Source: a phage. From it: a stretch of 64,000 nucleotides of DNA. Made by a program: the position numbers and the translations under genes. Below are positions 43,343-52,157 of this stretch, in pieces (the stretch's first letter is position 1; each line of letters starts with the position of its first letter). The notes under the pieces were generated by a model, which saw only the letters and a list, made by a program, of their open reading frames with translations, was not told the DNA's origin and searched no databases. The stretch is taken from sequence record PX880099.1. One strand, given 5' to 3'.

Positions 43343-43558
43343 ATGAGTTCCAATTTTCTATACAAAGCAAAAGATTCACGAGATGGAGAGAACCATTGGT
43401 GGTTGATCACAGAAGATGGTGTTATCATCCTACCGTGGGACGGAGAGACGAAAGTTCAAATATTAGAGAAAGTAAAAGGTGTTAGTTTTAATGTTAGTCA
43501 TGACATAACAACTTTCAAAGCTTTTGCTGTGAATCCTAGTCTTGTTGCTGAATGGTAA
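43343..43558 (+). CDS. hypothetical protein
   Basis: 71 aa ORF, SD CAGGAGGAAG. Confidence 0.55.
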   Translation: MSSNFLYKAKDSRDGENHWWLITEDGVIILPWDGETKVQILEKVKGVSFNVSHDITTFKAFAVNPSLVAEW

Positions 43559-43571
43559 TCCAGGAGAAAAT

Positions 43572-43790
43572 ATGACTAAAATGTATGCAGCCGTTGATAA
43601 GCTGGATGGGTCTGATTCTGTTTTTATTTTGAATAAAATGGGTGTCTTAGTTTATGCCCGAACTTCTCAAAACATAGAACACCAAGTGGAAGCAGCACAA
43701 ATTTTAGAGCAAATAACCCCTCCATACCTATACTCAAATGTTGAGCGTTTTAACGATGCACTTGGTTTGACGTTAATAGCGGAATGGTAA
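43572..43790 (+). CDS. hypothetical protein
   Basis: ATG (MTKMYAAV) after CAGGAGAAAA. Confidence 0.5.
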   Translation: MTKMYAAVDKLDGSDSVFILNKMGVLVYARTSQNIEHQVEAAQILEQITPPYLYSNVERFNDALGLTLIAEW

Positions 43791-43792
43791 TA

Positions 43793-43978
43793 ATGGCGAA
43801 AATGTTGGAAATTGATAATGTCGTAACAATCAACTTTACGTCCATACCTTGCCCCTATTGTGGTGGTGCAGGATATGTTATGGCGGATGTAGGTCAAATT
43901 TACGAGTGTAACCCGTGCAAAACCACAGGCTATATCGAAATAGAATCAGAGGAGAAACACTATGAGCCAAAACGCTAA
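43793..43978 (+). CDS. small zinc-ribbon-like protein
   Basis: CPYCGG...CNPCK. Confidence 0.5.
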   Translation: MAKMLEIDNVVTINFTSIPCPYCGGAGYVMADVGQIYECNPCKTTGYIEIESEEKHYEPKR

Positions 43979-44411
43979 AGAAAAAGAAGTAATCACGGTA
44001 ATCCGTCAGATGGAAGGTGCCGAAAACAACGCTTTTGTTACTAAGATTCTTCTTAATATCTTTGAAGATATTATTTTAAACAATCCTGGTCATAAAGATT
44101 ATCAGTATGATGTTATGATGGGTGCTTTGCTTGAGATTAACAAAAACACTTTTGCTGAATATGAGCAACACATGCTTTTACCAGAGGAAGATCAGGATTA
44201 TTTGTTATCTGGTGCTTTAAGTGCACAAGAAAATTTCTACCACGTTCTTAATATGGCTTATGCAGATGAACTTGCTGTTTCCCTTGAAGAGCGTATTCAA
44301 ATGGTTCGTGATGTGATGAATGAACAAATCCAAGAAGTTGAAGACTTGGTAGCAGAACCTTTAGCAGAAATTCGTGCAGCTATTGAAAAACAAAAAGGAA
44401 CTCAATCATGA
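43962..44411 (+). CDS. hypothetical protein
   Basis: 149 aa ORF, SD AGAGGAGAAA. Confidence 0.55.
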   Translation: MSQNAKEKEVITVIRQMEGAENNAFVTKILLNIFEDIILNNPGHKDYQYDVMMGALLEINKNTFAEYEQHMLLPEEDQDYLLSGALSAQENFYHVLNMAYADELAVSLEERIQMVRDVMNEQIQEVEDLVAEPLAEIRAAIEKQKGTQS

Positions 44412-44575
44412 TGCAAGTAGGTGATGTGGTTTGCCTTAAAGGTGCAAACAAACAAATGACAGTAATAGAAAGTTATGGTGAATCTTGTAAAGTAACTTGG
44501 TTCGATGAAAACGGGGAATTGCAACACGCCATATTCGATCAAAAAGCTTTGAGGAAGGTTGAAGAAAAAGAATGA
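44408..44575 (+). CDS. YodC/DUF2158-like small protein (55 aa)
   Basis: Hand-translated MMQVGDVVCLKGANKQMTVIESYGE... Confidence 0.45.
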   Translation: MMQVGDVVCLKGANKQMTVIESYGESCKVTWFDENGELQHAIFDQKALRKVEEKE

Positions 44576-44835
44576 GCCATCCGTCAATATTTTTCTGTTT
44601 TGTAGATCTTGAAAACGAGTCTTTAATCGTTGATAGTGAGGGTTACTTCACTTATTGGGAATCCGAGCACGAAACTATAAGTGTAGTGAAAGAAATTATG
44701 CAAACCAATCCAAGCCTACCAGCGCATAAGTACGGTATTGCAAAAGTGTTTGTTACTAAAACAGAGTACACAAAAGAGCGAAGCACTTTGTACCATAATA
44801 TTGAAGTGATTCACTATTTCAAAGATGTTATTTAG
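44572..44835 (+). CDS. hypothetical protein
   Basis: 87 aa ORF, ATGA-coupled. Confidence 0.5.
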   Translation: MSHPSIFFCFVDLENESLIVDSEGYFTYWESEHETISVVKEIMQTNPSLPAHKYGIAKVFVTKTEYTKERSTLYHNIEVIHYFKDVI

Positions 44836-44843
44836 GAGGTTAT

Positions 44844-45452
44844 ATGGAAGAGAAGATTTGGGATGGTAAAGATCCTTTAGAAGTTGGACACGTAGCGCGT
44901 GTCAAAAAATCTACTACGGGTCCTGGTTTTTCTGGTTTGTATCATATACCAGAAGAAGGTCAGCACGTTACAATTTTGGCTCGTGACAAACAAAACGGAG
45001 CAACGCCTGTGTGGATTGTTCGTTGGTATGACAAAGATCTTAACATTTGCTTGTCACCTATTATGGCTCATTTGCTGGAAGCCCCTTGCTCTGAAGAAGC
45101 TCTCATTTTTGTTTCTGCTTTTCAGAAAGCCACAGGTTTAACATTAGATGCAAAAGATGTGCAAAAAGCACTTGACATTATTGAGGAAGACAACGATACT
45201 ACATCTAACGACGAACTGGTTGAAGTTACAATATTATCTTCAGCAGATATCCGAGAGATTGAGAATTGTGATTTTCCAATCACATTTAAAATGTCGCAGA
45301 AAGACGTGCAGTCATCTGGAAGTTGTTTTGGCATACCTCGTTGGTTTTTTGATTCTATCAAAAATTCTACTACAGAGGGATCAGACTATGATCAAGATGA
45401 CATGCTTTGGTTCTTAAAAAACCGAGAGATTGTTCTCTCACCACTTAAGTAA
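44844..45452 (+). CDS. hypothetical protein
   Basis: 202 aa ORF, SD TAGGAGGTT. Confidence 0.55.
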   Translation: MEEKIWDGKDPLEVGHVARVKKSTTGPGFSGLYHIPEEGQHVTILARDKQNGATPVWIVRWYDKDLNICLSPIMAHLLEAPCSEEALIFVSAFQKATGLTLDAKDVQKALDIIEEDNDTTSNDELVEVTILSSADIREIENCDFPITFKMSQKDVQSSGSCFGIPRWFFDSIKNSTTEGSDYDQDDMLWFLKNREIVLSPLK

Positions 45453-45461
45453 GGAGAAATA

Positions 45462-45563
45462 ATGGTTTCATTTATCGTAGGTGTAGTTGTAGGCTATCTT
45501 ATTAACAAATATCAAGACGTTATCACGGCAAAAGTAAAAGACATTTTAGACTCATCTAAATAA
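45462..45563 (+). CDS. micro-protein (33 aa) with hydrophobic N-terminus
   Basis: Hand-translated MVSFIVGVVVGYLINKYQDVITAKVKDILDSSK, SD AAGGAGAAA. Confidence 0.35.
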   Translation: MVSFIVGVVVGYLINKYQDVITAKVKDILDSSK

Positions 45564-45572
45564 TCTATCAAA

Positions 45573-45600
45573 GCTGCATCTTCAATAGGTGCAGCCTTTT
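45573..45600 (+). terminator. rho-independent terminator
   Basis: GCTGCA-N11-TGCAGC followed by CTTTT. Confidence 0.5.
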
Positions 45601-45615
45601 AAAAGGAGATATGGC

Positions 45616-45789
45616 ATGACTAAACGCACTGATTTTAAATGTATGCATTGTGGGAAATCTTTTGGGGATCATCAAGCTCGCACATTCAACTGTCCACGTA
45701 AAGGTCGCGGAAATTTTAAAGGTTTTAATCCCGCACATGTTTATTCTCCAGATTACGATAAGCCAGAAGAAGAAAAATTTGTTATTTAA
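45616..45789 (+). CDS. small zinc-finger-like protein
   Basis: ATG (MTKRTDF) after AAAAGGAGA; CMHCGKSF...H...CPRKG. Confidence 0.45.
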   Translation: MTKRTDFKCMHCGKSFGDHQARTFNCPRKGRGNFKGFNPAHVYSPDYDKPEEEKFVI

Positions 45790-45801
45790 TAAGGAGGTCA
45801 T

Positions 45802-46083
45802 ATGGAACTCGTTCAAGAATTGTATAATGCTTTAGGAGCAAAAGGAAAAGATTGGCCCGAACATGCGCTTATTGCTATAAGAGACTCCGATGGTGAGATT
45901 AAGTTTTCAAGCGTAAGTAAAGAGCACATCGTAGAAACAAAACTGGGTATTTACATGCGTGGAACTTATTGCTTATTCAACACCAGAATGGTAGAAGCCC
46001 CTGTTATCGAGGATGGAACAAAAGGTTGCCCCACAATCGTAACAAAATCTGAATATGAGAAGTTTTTCTACGCTAAGGCTTGA
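45802..46083 (+). CDS. hypothetical protein
   Basis: 93 aa ORF, SD AAGGAGGT. Confidence 0.55.
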   Translation: MELVQELYNALGAKGKDWPEHALIAIRDSDGEIKFSSVSKEHIVETKLGIYMRGTYCLFNTRMVEAPVIEDGTKGCPTIVTKSEYEKFFYAKA

Positions 46084-46127
46084 CACAGAAACAATACTAT
46101 AGGATAGTGATCCTATCGTAGCAATAG

Positions 46128-46150
46128 AACCCGCTTCGGCGGGTTTTTTC
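46128..46150 (+). terminator. strong rho-independent terminator
   Basis: AACCCGC-TTCG-GCGGGTT followed by TTTTT; same hairpin recurs at 50869-50890 on the other strand. Confidence 0.7.
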
Positions 46151-46174
46151 ATATCTGTAGCAATAGGAGGTCGT

Positions 46175-46405
46175 GTGTTAAATAAAATCGAAGAAGGTTG
46201 TATGGCATTTTTGGTAGATAACCCGTTTCCCTTTATGGTTAAGGTCCATGTAGGAGAGTATTTAGGTTATGACGAATGGGATTGTAGTATCAATAGTGAA
46301 ATGCACCACTACCAACCAACAATACTTAAGACGGATCAAATGGCGCGTATTACAGTAGAGGATGAATTGATCATTGAGTTATACGAGAGAGCACTACACA
46401 AGTAA
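46175..46405 (+). CDS. hypothetical protein (GTG start)
   Basis: 76 aa ORF, AGGAGG before GTG. Confidence 0.45.
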   Translation: MLNKIEEGCMAFLVDNPFPFMVKVHVGEYLGYDEWDCSINSEMHHYQPTILKTDQMARITVEDELIIELYERALHK

Positions 46406-46450
46406 GCTAGAACCCACCTAAATCGAACAGAGACGCTCTAAAATAGAAAA

Positions 46451-46479
46451 GGCACCCACTTGGGTGCCTTTGTTTTATT
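46451..46479 (+). terminator. terminator at the convergence of plus and minus blocks
   Basis: GGCACCC-ACTT-GGGTGCC followed by TTTGTTTTATT. Confidence 0.6.
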
Positions 46480-46747
46480 CTTCGTTAGATTGCGTCTCAG
46501 ACGCGTTAAATTCGGTTTCAGTACAACTTGCTAGGTAACTTATATTTTGCATCACTACGACTACAGGTGTTTGAAGTTTATCTTCTAGCCCCGCAGCCAC
46601 TTGAGCCAAGGCATTATCAATATTTGATTTCCTAACGCCTGTTCCATGTCCTGTTGCCAAGTAAAGATTACCTTCCCCTTTTTGTGTAGCATTAGCAAAG
46701 TAGTAAACGTAATGTGCAAGGTAGTAATCACGGATTTCTTCAGTCAT
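46475..46747 (-). CDS. hypothetical protein
   Basis: 90 aa ORF, SD AGGAG. Confidence 0.5.
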   Translation of the reverse strand: MTEEIRDYYLAHYVYYFANATQKGEGNLYLATGHGTGVRKSNIDNALAQVAAGLEDKLQTPVVVVMQNISYLASCTETEFNASETQSNEE

Positions 46748-46758
46748 TTTATTCTCCT

Positions 46759-46781
46759 AATAAGAAAGGGGCCGAAGCCCC
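46759..46781 (-). terminator. terminator-like hairpin GGGGC-CGAA-GCCCC
   Basis: On the minus strand followed by TTTCTTATT; identical stem-loop recurs at 58868-58886. Confidence 0.5.
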
Positions 46782-46790
46782 TTGAGTGGT

Positions 46791-47606
46791 TTATTTGTTT
46801 AAGTGGTCTTCGACCATTTTAATGAAACCTTCATTGCTGAAGGCTGTTGCAGCTTTTTCTCGGTAAACAAAAACTCCACGATCTTCATAGAGAAGTGTTT
46901 CTTCGTAATTAACTCCAGGGTTAACTACAACCATTTTTGTACCCATACTAAGCGCAGGGAATAATTCCCAATTAAAATTGATAACTTGGTTTGAACATCC
47001 TACTACTACAACCAAATCTTGCATGGTCAAAGTATCGAACAAGTGAGCCATATCTGCATACAAAGGTGCAGCCTCACCAAAAAATACAACATTAGGCTTC
47101 ACCCAGTTATAATCATCTATGTTTATACTATTGTAACCAATATCTACCAGTGTTTTGTAATCTCCAGGATGCATACGGTAAACTACTTCAGGAAGATATC
47201 CGTGCACGTGAATAACAGAATCTCTGTCTACACCTGCTCGCTCTAATAGATCATCAACGTTTGTCGTCAAGTTTACTACTTGGTTAGGATATTCCTTAAA
47301 CCACTTTGCTATTTGAATATGTGCAGCATTAGGTTGTACATCTTTAAGCTCAACACGTCTTTTGTTATAAAATTCGTGTGTTTTGGCATACAAATCCATA
47401 CCGTTCTCGTCTACACCACCGACCACTGGAAGATCTGGAGATGTTCTAACACGATAACCTGCTTGGAAAGCTCCAATATCGCAGACCTCTTCTAAATCAT
47501 ATTCTTCCCATAAGGCACGACCACTATCGGTGTCTGTTCGGAATGTTCTAATCCCACTATCTGCACTTAAACCTGCACCGCTTACAAAAATCACTCGTCT
47601 TGGCAT
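46791..47606 (-). CDS. Sir2-family (sirtuin-like) NAD-dependent enzyme lacking an obvious zinc ribbon
   Basis: 271 aa; FVSGAGLSADSGIRTFR, TTNVDDL, VIHVHG, VVFFGE, VVVVGCS. Confidence 0.7.
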   Translation of the reverse strand: MPRRVIFVSGAGLSADSGIRTFRTDTDSGRALWEEYDLEEVCDIGAFQAGYRVRTSPDLPVVGGVDENGMDLYAKTHEFYNKRRVELKDVQPNAAHIQIAKWFKEYPNQVVNLTTNVDDLLERAGVDRDSVIHVHGYLPEVVYRMHPGDYKTLVDIGYNSINIDDYNWVKPNVVFFGEAAPLYADMAHLFDTLTMQDLVVVVGCSNQVINFNWELFPALSMGTKMVVVNPGVNYEETLLYEDRGVFVYREKAATAFSNEGFIKMVEDHLNK

Positions 47607-48082
47607 TCTTCCTCCTCATAATCATCATAATCTTCGTCATCCAAATCGTACACTTCGTCTTGAGAATAACTCACTTCAAAGTAAATATCAAACTCCGCAA
47701 ACAAACGTAGAATGTTGGACATGCTATAATAATTATCGTAGGCAGATTCAGCTTCATAGTAAACATAAAGCAAATGGTTAGCCTTATCATCTTCCAAATA
47801 TTTCCCGTCTGCATACGCATAGTCTGCATATGCTTTACCTGCATCTTCCACAAGAGAACGATCAAGCAGAGTAGGAAATGGTTTCTCTTTTTCTTTTAGT
47901 TTGCTCACCAACCAGTGTGCAATATCATGCCAATCTGCATCCTCTCCGCTGAAGCAGCTTGCGATTTCGCCAAACTTGGCATCTCCTAAGTCTCCGCTAA
48001 TAGTGATCATGGTTGAACTATTGTAACCACAAGTTTCGCAATTTGAACAACTGTTGTGCACATGAATTTCTACTTGAAACAT
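47591..48082 (-). CDS. hypothetical protein with Cys-rich N-terminus and acidic C-terminal tail
   Basis: 163 aa ORF, SD AGGAGGGAAT. Confidence 0.5.
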   Translation of the reverse strand: MFQVEIHVHNSCSNCETCGYNSSTMITISGDLGDAKFGEIASCFSGEDADWHDIAHWLVSKLKEKEKPFPTLLDRSLVEDAGKAYADYAYADGKYLEDDKANHLLYVYYEAESAYDNYYSMSNILRLFAEFDIYFEVSYSQDEVYDLDDEDYDDYEEEECQDE

Positions 48083-48140
48083 ATTCCCTCCTATAAAAGA
48101 AAAGCCCCCTGAAACAGGAGGCTTTGTTCAGATATCGGCA

Positions 48141-48794
48141 CTATACCAGACTTTCAAGGTATTTGTCAAGGGCTTCTTGATCACCTTGACAAACATAGCA
48201 ACGGAAGTCTTGAGCCGAAGGTTGTTTATTTTCATCCCAGTCCCAATAAACATTACCCTTATAACGTGAACCAGGAAACTCAAAAGAGGCTGTATGTGTA
48301 ATGTATCCTGGGCCACCAGTGAAATCACAGAATGAGAATTGGGGGTATGCCGCCTTTACTGCCTCAATAAACCAAGCTTTACGATCTAAAGCTTCATTGA
48401 TGCTATACGCATGTCTCTCCATTTCTTCCCACGTTTTCCAGACACTTCTTTCATCAGGAGAAAAGACAAGCCATTCTGGAAGGTAGAGAGTGTCATAGTA
48501 ATCATCATATTCGATCTCGGAGGCGCACGAGGCTGACTCCTCCAGTCTTGAGTAATCAAAAGCAGAATATACCCACCAACCATCTTCCAGTAAGGCTTTG
48601 ATAGGGACGAAGCCTTTATCAGCATATTGATCGAATTGTTTGACACGGTGGCTTGTGCAGTCTTCAAACTCACATTCTAAACGATATGACCCTTTTCGAC
48701 GAGCCTCAAGACCGTGTGTACTGAAAATAACAACACTTCCTTCACCATCATTACGATCTACTTGATAAGCAACTACTGGTTTTGAATTTGACAT
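48141..48794 (-). CDS. hypothetical protein
   Basis: 217 aa ORF, SD AAGGAGAAA. Confidence 0.55.
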   Translation of the reverse strand: MSNSKPVVAYQVDRNDGEGSVVIFSTHGLEARRKGSYRLECEFEDCTSHRVKQFDQYADKGFVPIKALLEDGWWVYSAFDYSRLEESASCASEIEYDDYYDTLYLPEWLVFSPDERSVWKTWEEMERHAYSINEALDRKAWFIEAVKAAYPQFSFCDFTGGPGYITHTASFEFPGSRYKGNVYWDWDENKQPSAQDFRCYVCQGDQEALDKYLESLV

Positions 48795-49477
48795 TATTTC
48801 TCCTTATCTAGAAGATTATTAGACAAAAACACTGCACGGGCAAAACCACGTGCTGTTAGTGATCTAAGTTGTTTTGTTTTTGCACTAGCTCCACCTAAGC
48901 TTTTCCAACCCCAGAAGCAGCCTATATGATCTACTGGTTTCTTCACTGGTTGAACAAAACCATTGCCGTGCCAAATACAAGTTTTCTTTGTATACCCATC
49001 ACGGGTAGGCATTTTAGGATGAAAGCTTCCTTCCTCTTCAAACAAATACCCACCATACTCATAAGGATCAAAGTAAAAATCGGGTTTACGCCATAAGGTT
49101 GAAAGTTTACCTACTGGGTTCTCAATCATCCAAGGAACATTATATTTGTTACCCAAAGCTTCCACTACACGAATATTAGCTAAAGCTTCATCTAATTCCT
49201 CTGTGCTACGTTCGTGTTTGCTACCACTACCTGCTAACATAGTGCAAGGTGGAAATCCAAAAATAATATCGGGTTTAGGTATCCCATAATCTTCAGGGTT
49301 GAATGTAGAATCTATCCAGGCATTCACATAGGTTATGTTTGGGTGCTCCATCCTAACCTCGTATTTACCGTGATCCCCTTCATCAGCGTTTACACAAAAA
49401 CACTTGTGACCTGCTTCGGCATAACGTAACACCATGATCCCAGATCCGTCAAACATAGACAAAACTGTTTTACTCAT
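48794..49477 (-). CDS. compact DNA (cytosine-5)-methyltransferase-like protein
   Basis: 227 aa from ATG (MSKTVL) after GGAGGGG; motif I LSMFDGSG, motif IV FGFPPC, ENPVG. Confidence 0.55.
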   Translation of the reverse strand: MSKTVLSMFDGSGIMVLRYAEAGHKCFCVNADEGDHGKYEVRMEHPNITYVNAWIDSTFNPEDYGIPKPDIIFGFPPCTMLAGSGSKHERSTEELDEALANIRVVEALGNKYNVPWMIENPVGKLSTLWRKPDFYFDPYEYGGYLFEEEGSFHPKMPTRDGYTKKTCIWHGNGFVQPVKKPVDHIGCFWGWKSLGGASAKTKQLRSLTARGFARAVFLSNNLLDKEK

Positions 49478-49865
49478 TACCCCTCCATTCAAGACAAGCC
49501 ATAACTTTACGCCAATCACTTTCTGTAAGAAAAATCTCGTTTGCTTTCTTCCACAAATCTAAATCGTGAAGGGTTGGAATACGATATGTTAGTTCACAGA
49601 ATCTATGCTCTTCTTCTGTAATATAACCAAAATGCAGAGCCACATCGTGAAACCAACACCAACCATGCATCTCTCGAACAACATGGTCATGTTGAGACAT
49701 TGTTTTATGCCGTAAACCTAACCAACAAGGAACGGATACTTTAGTAGTCTTTAATCTGTGATCAACAGTATTAGAGTATTCAATAATAGCTGTCAGTTTC
49801 AATCGTGCTTTTTCTAAATCCTCATGCGTCACTTTGAAATAACTTTCTGAAAGATATCCACACAT
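49470..49865 (-). CDS. hypothetical protein
   Basis: ATG (MCGYLSE) after GAAGGAGG; track start is TTG. Confidence 0.5.
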   Translation of the reverse strand: MCGYLSESYFKVTHEDLEKARLKLTAIIEYSNTVDHRLKTTKVSVPCWLGLRHKTMSQHDHVVREMHGWCWFHDVALHFGYITEEEHRFCELTYRIPTLHDLDLWKKANEIFLTESDWRKVMACLEWRGNE

Positions 49866-49866
49866 A

Positions 49867-50808
49867 TTAATAACCTCCTTCAAAAGGCTTTACTACATGT
49901 TGATTAGCTTTAAAACGTTCAACATAGTCGTTTTCACCCATGTTTTCATATAGTTTAGTAACAACATAAAAGTTTTCCCAAGCATATTCCCTAAACCAAC
50001 CACTAGTGATGGATGTGCAGACTTTAGATAAAGCCATTATAAAACTTTGCTTAGGGGTTGGACCTCCGATCTCTTCACCGAAAGGAATTTGTGAACGTTC
50101 CAAAGCCAAAACACACGCTTCTTCATAAACACCTAACAGGCGCACATGTTTTGGTTGAGCAAAAAACTTTTCTTTGCTGGTCATAACTTCACTTCCATCT
50201 TTCATATAAGATTTATATGCTGGAGCATCCATTACCGCGATTGCTTCATGGATAGAATCATGATCATAAACATACGGAACCTCATCACCTTTAAAGAAGT
50301 CTTTACTTTTTACGTTTAAGTTTGGATGAGAGTAAGTGTATGTTTCTTTCTCACGCAACTCATAAATACTCTTAAGATTTTCTGGGATCTTTGCGCCCAG
50401 TGATCGCATGAAATGAATATCTTTCATAGTTTTAAAGAAGTGAGGACTATCCTTTTTAAAACGATGACTCATTTTAAGAAGGTAGAGCACATCTAAAGGA
50501 GCAACAACGTGTCCAGCGTAAGTTCGACGAATATCATCAGAGTCTTCACAATAACTAATCAAAGCTTCTGTGCTATCTCCTTGAGAAGCAATATCGTATT
50601 CCAAATGTGCACCAGCTATCATTTTGACATGGCCTTTGTTCCCTTTACGTTCTACAAGTTCAACAAACTCATCTTGAGAGAACATTTTTGATAATTCTTC
50701 CCACTCTTGTTCTGTACACAGGTAATCTAGATCTACACAAGGGCGATACAAGTCTTTTCCCATGTCCATAGCATGAATTTGTAATGCACGGCTACCAATT
50801 AACACCAT
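49867..50808 (-). CDS. hypothetical protein, fold unassigned
   Basis: 313 aa ORF, SD GAGGAGAAA; N-terminal IGSRAL...DLD loosely reminiscent of a nucleotidyltransferase motif. Confidence 0.5.
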   Translation of the reverse strand: MVLIGSRALQIHAMDMGKDLYRPCVDLDYLCTEQEWEELSKMFSQDEFVELVERKGNKGHVKMIAGAHLEYDIASQGDSTEALISYCEDSDDIRRTYAGHVVAPLDVLYLLKMSHRFKKDSPHFFKTMKDIHFMRSLGAKIPENLKSIYELREKETYTYSHPNLNVKSKDFFKGDEVPYVYDHDSIHEAIAVMDAPAYKSYMKDGSEVMTSKEKFFAQPKHVRLLGVYEEACVLALERSQIPFGEEIGGPTPKQSFIMALSKVCTSITSGWFREYAWENFYVVTKLYENMGENDYVERFKANQHVVKPFEGGY

Positions 50809-50838
50809 AATATTTCTCCTCTATTGGTTGATAGGTTA

Positions 50839-50868
50839 AGTTTATCAAGCTTCCAGATTCCTGTCAAT
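50839..50868 (-). promoter_or_regulatory. sigma70-type promoter (TTGACA-17/18-TAAACT) on minus strand
   Basis: Reverse complement TTGACAGGAATCTGGAAGCTTGATAAACT just downstream of the terminator. Confidence 0.45.
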
Positions 50869-50890
50869 AAAAAACCCGCCGAAGCGGGTT
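50869..50890 (-). terminator. rho-independent terminator (ACCCGC-TTCG-GCGGGT plus T-run)
   Basis: Same sequence as the plus-strand terminator at 46128-46150. Confidence 0.65.
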
Positions 50891-50898
50891 ATTATTTA

Positions 50899-51171
50899 CT
50901 AACACATTGAGGAAGAAGAGATCCAAACACCTCTTGTGGTTAAACCATTTTCATCCAACTCTACACCATAATCTTCACAAATGAAATCAATATAGTGATC
51001 TGCGGCTGGCGTTCCTGTAGGGTAATAAGTTTCTCCGTTACCGTAGTCACCTATCCAAGCTTGTTCCTGGAACTGTTCACAAAGTTCTTCAATTTCCTTA
51101 CGAAACTTTCTTTGTGCTTGTTCCATCTCTTTAACTTTCTTTTTTATCAGCAGTTCGCCTTCAGATTCCAC
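50899..51171 (-). CDS. paralog family C member 1, small acidic protein (GTG start)
   Basis: C-terminus GVWISSSSMC shared with two neighbours. Confidence 0.5.
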   Translation of the reverse strand: MESEGELLIKKKVKEMEQAQRKFRKEIEELCEQFQEQAWIGDYGNGETYYPTGTPAADHYIDFICEDYGVELDENGLTTRGVWISSSSMC

Positions 51172-51180
51172 AATCTCTCC

Positions 51181-51399
51181 TTAACAGCTACTACTGTGCC
51201 AAACGCCTTGAGAATTAACGACGAAACCATCATCACCTTCACCATAACAAGAAGAGGATTGCCAATCTTCAAAACAGATTGCGTCATTTTCTAAACTAAG
51301 ACCAAAACCAGCATCTTCAGCTTCTTTTGTAAGTTCGTCCACTAAAGCCATAATAGCTTGGGCTTTTTCAGTTAATTCTTCAACATTACGATCACTCAT
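51181..51399 (-). CDS. paralog family C member 2, small acidic protein
   Basis: ATG (MSDRNVEE) after GGAGGAG; C-terminus GVWHSSSC. Confidence 0.5.
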   Translation of the reverse strand: MSDRNVEELTEKAQAIMALVDELTKEAEDAGFGLSLENDAICFEDWQSSSCYGEGDDGFVVNSQGVWHSSSC

Positions 51400-51674
51400 T
51401 AGTATTTCTCCTCCGGTTGGAAAACTGAACGACAAGCCCACATACTAGCTTCTTTTAAATGTTTAATAGCACAACGGATTTGATCAATACGTTCGTATGC
51501 AAGATCTAATTCTTTTTCTGTGCCGTCAAAAGACCCATGATATGCTTCACAATACTCTTCCTCTAAAGCTTTGAAGATTAAACCTAAACGCTCTTCTGCA
51601 TCTTTAATAGCGTTAACCTTGCCAATCTTATCGTCAGTATGCGCCTTATAACCTTTGATATCTTCGATTCCCAC
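51399..51674 (-). CDS. hypothetical protein (GTG start)
   Basis: GTG after TAGGAGG; track start is TTG. Confidence 0.4.
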   Translation of the reverse strand: MGIEDIKGYKAHTDDKIGKVNAIKDAEERLGLIFKALEEEYCEAYHGSFDGTEKELDLAYERIDQIRCAIKHLKEASMWACRSVFQPEEKY

Positions 51675-51685
51675 TTTACCTCCTA

Positions 51686-51883
51686 TTAACAACTTAAAGA
51701 AGATGGATGCCAATTTGTTCCAGTATTCTCATTTTCATCTTCTGGATCATAATAACCACCCATCCCATATTCAGGGGAGAAACGGAAACCTTTACCAGTC
51801 TCATCTGCTAACTGCTCTGCTTCCGCTAAAGCCTCATAAGCTGCTTTTACGGCTTCTTCTACTGTTTTAAACTTGGTCGTCAT
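51686..51883 (-). CDS. paralog family C member 3, small acidic protein
   Basis: C-terminus NWHPSSLSC; SD GGAGAGGAG. Confidence 0.5.
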   Translation of the reverse strand: MTTKFKTVEEAVKAAYEALAEAEQLADETGKGFRFSPEYGMGGYYDPEDENENTGTNWHPSSLSC

Positions 51884-52157
51884 AAAATTTCTCCTCTCCT
51901 AAAGACATGTTGACATGAAATGCACGATATGTAAATTCGTTGTCCGTTGTGTTTGAATAAAACTCAAATTGAACAACACCGTCTTGAGAAGACAGATACA
52001 TGCCAATTTGAACTGTTCCTTCTGGTACCAGGTAAGCATACTCTGGACGTAGTGTTACATTGTAAAAATAAAGTTCCCCAACACCCATTTCATCCCAAGC
52101 TTCCCAAGCGGTAACGAAGTTACTTTCAAAACTTGTTACTGATCCGAACTCTGCCAT
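51867..52157 (-). CDS. hypothetical protein
   Basis: 96 aa ORF, SD GAGGAGG. Confidence 0.5.
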   Translation of the reverse strand: MAEFGSVTSFESNFVTAWEAWDEMGVGELYFYNVTLRPEYAYLVPEGTVQIGMYLSSQDGVVQFEFYSNTTDNEFTYRAFHVNMSLGEEKFYDDQV

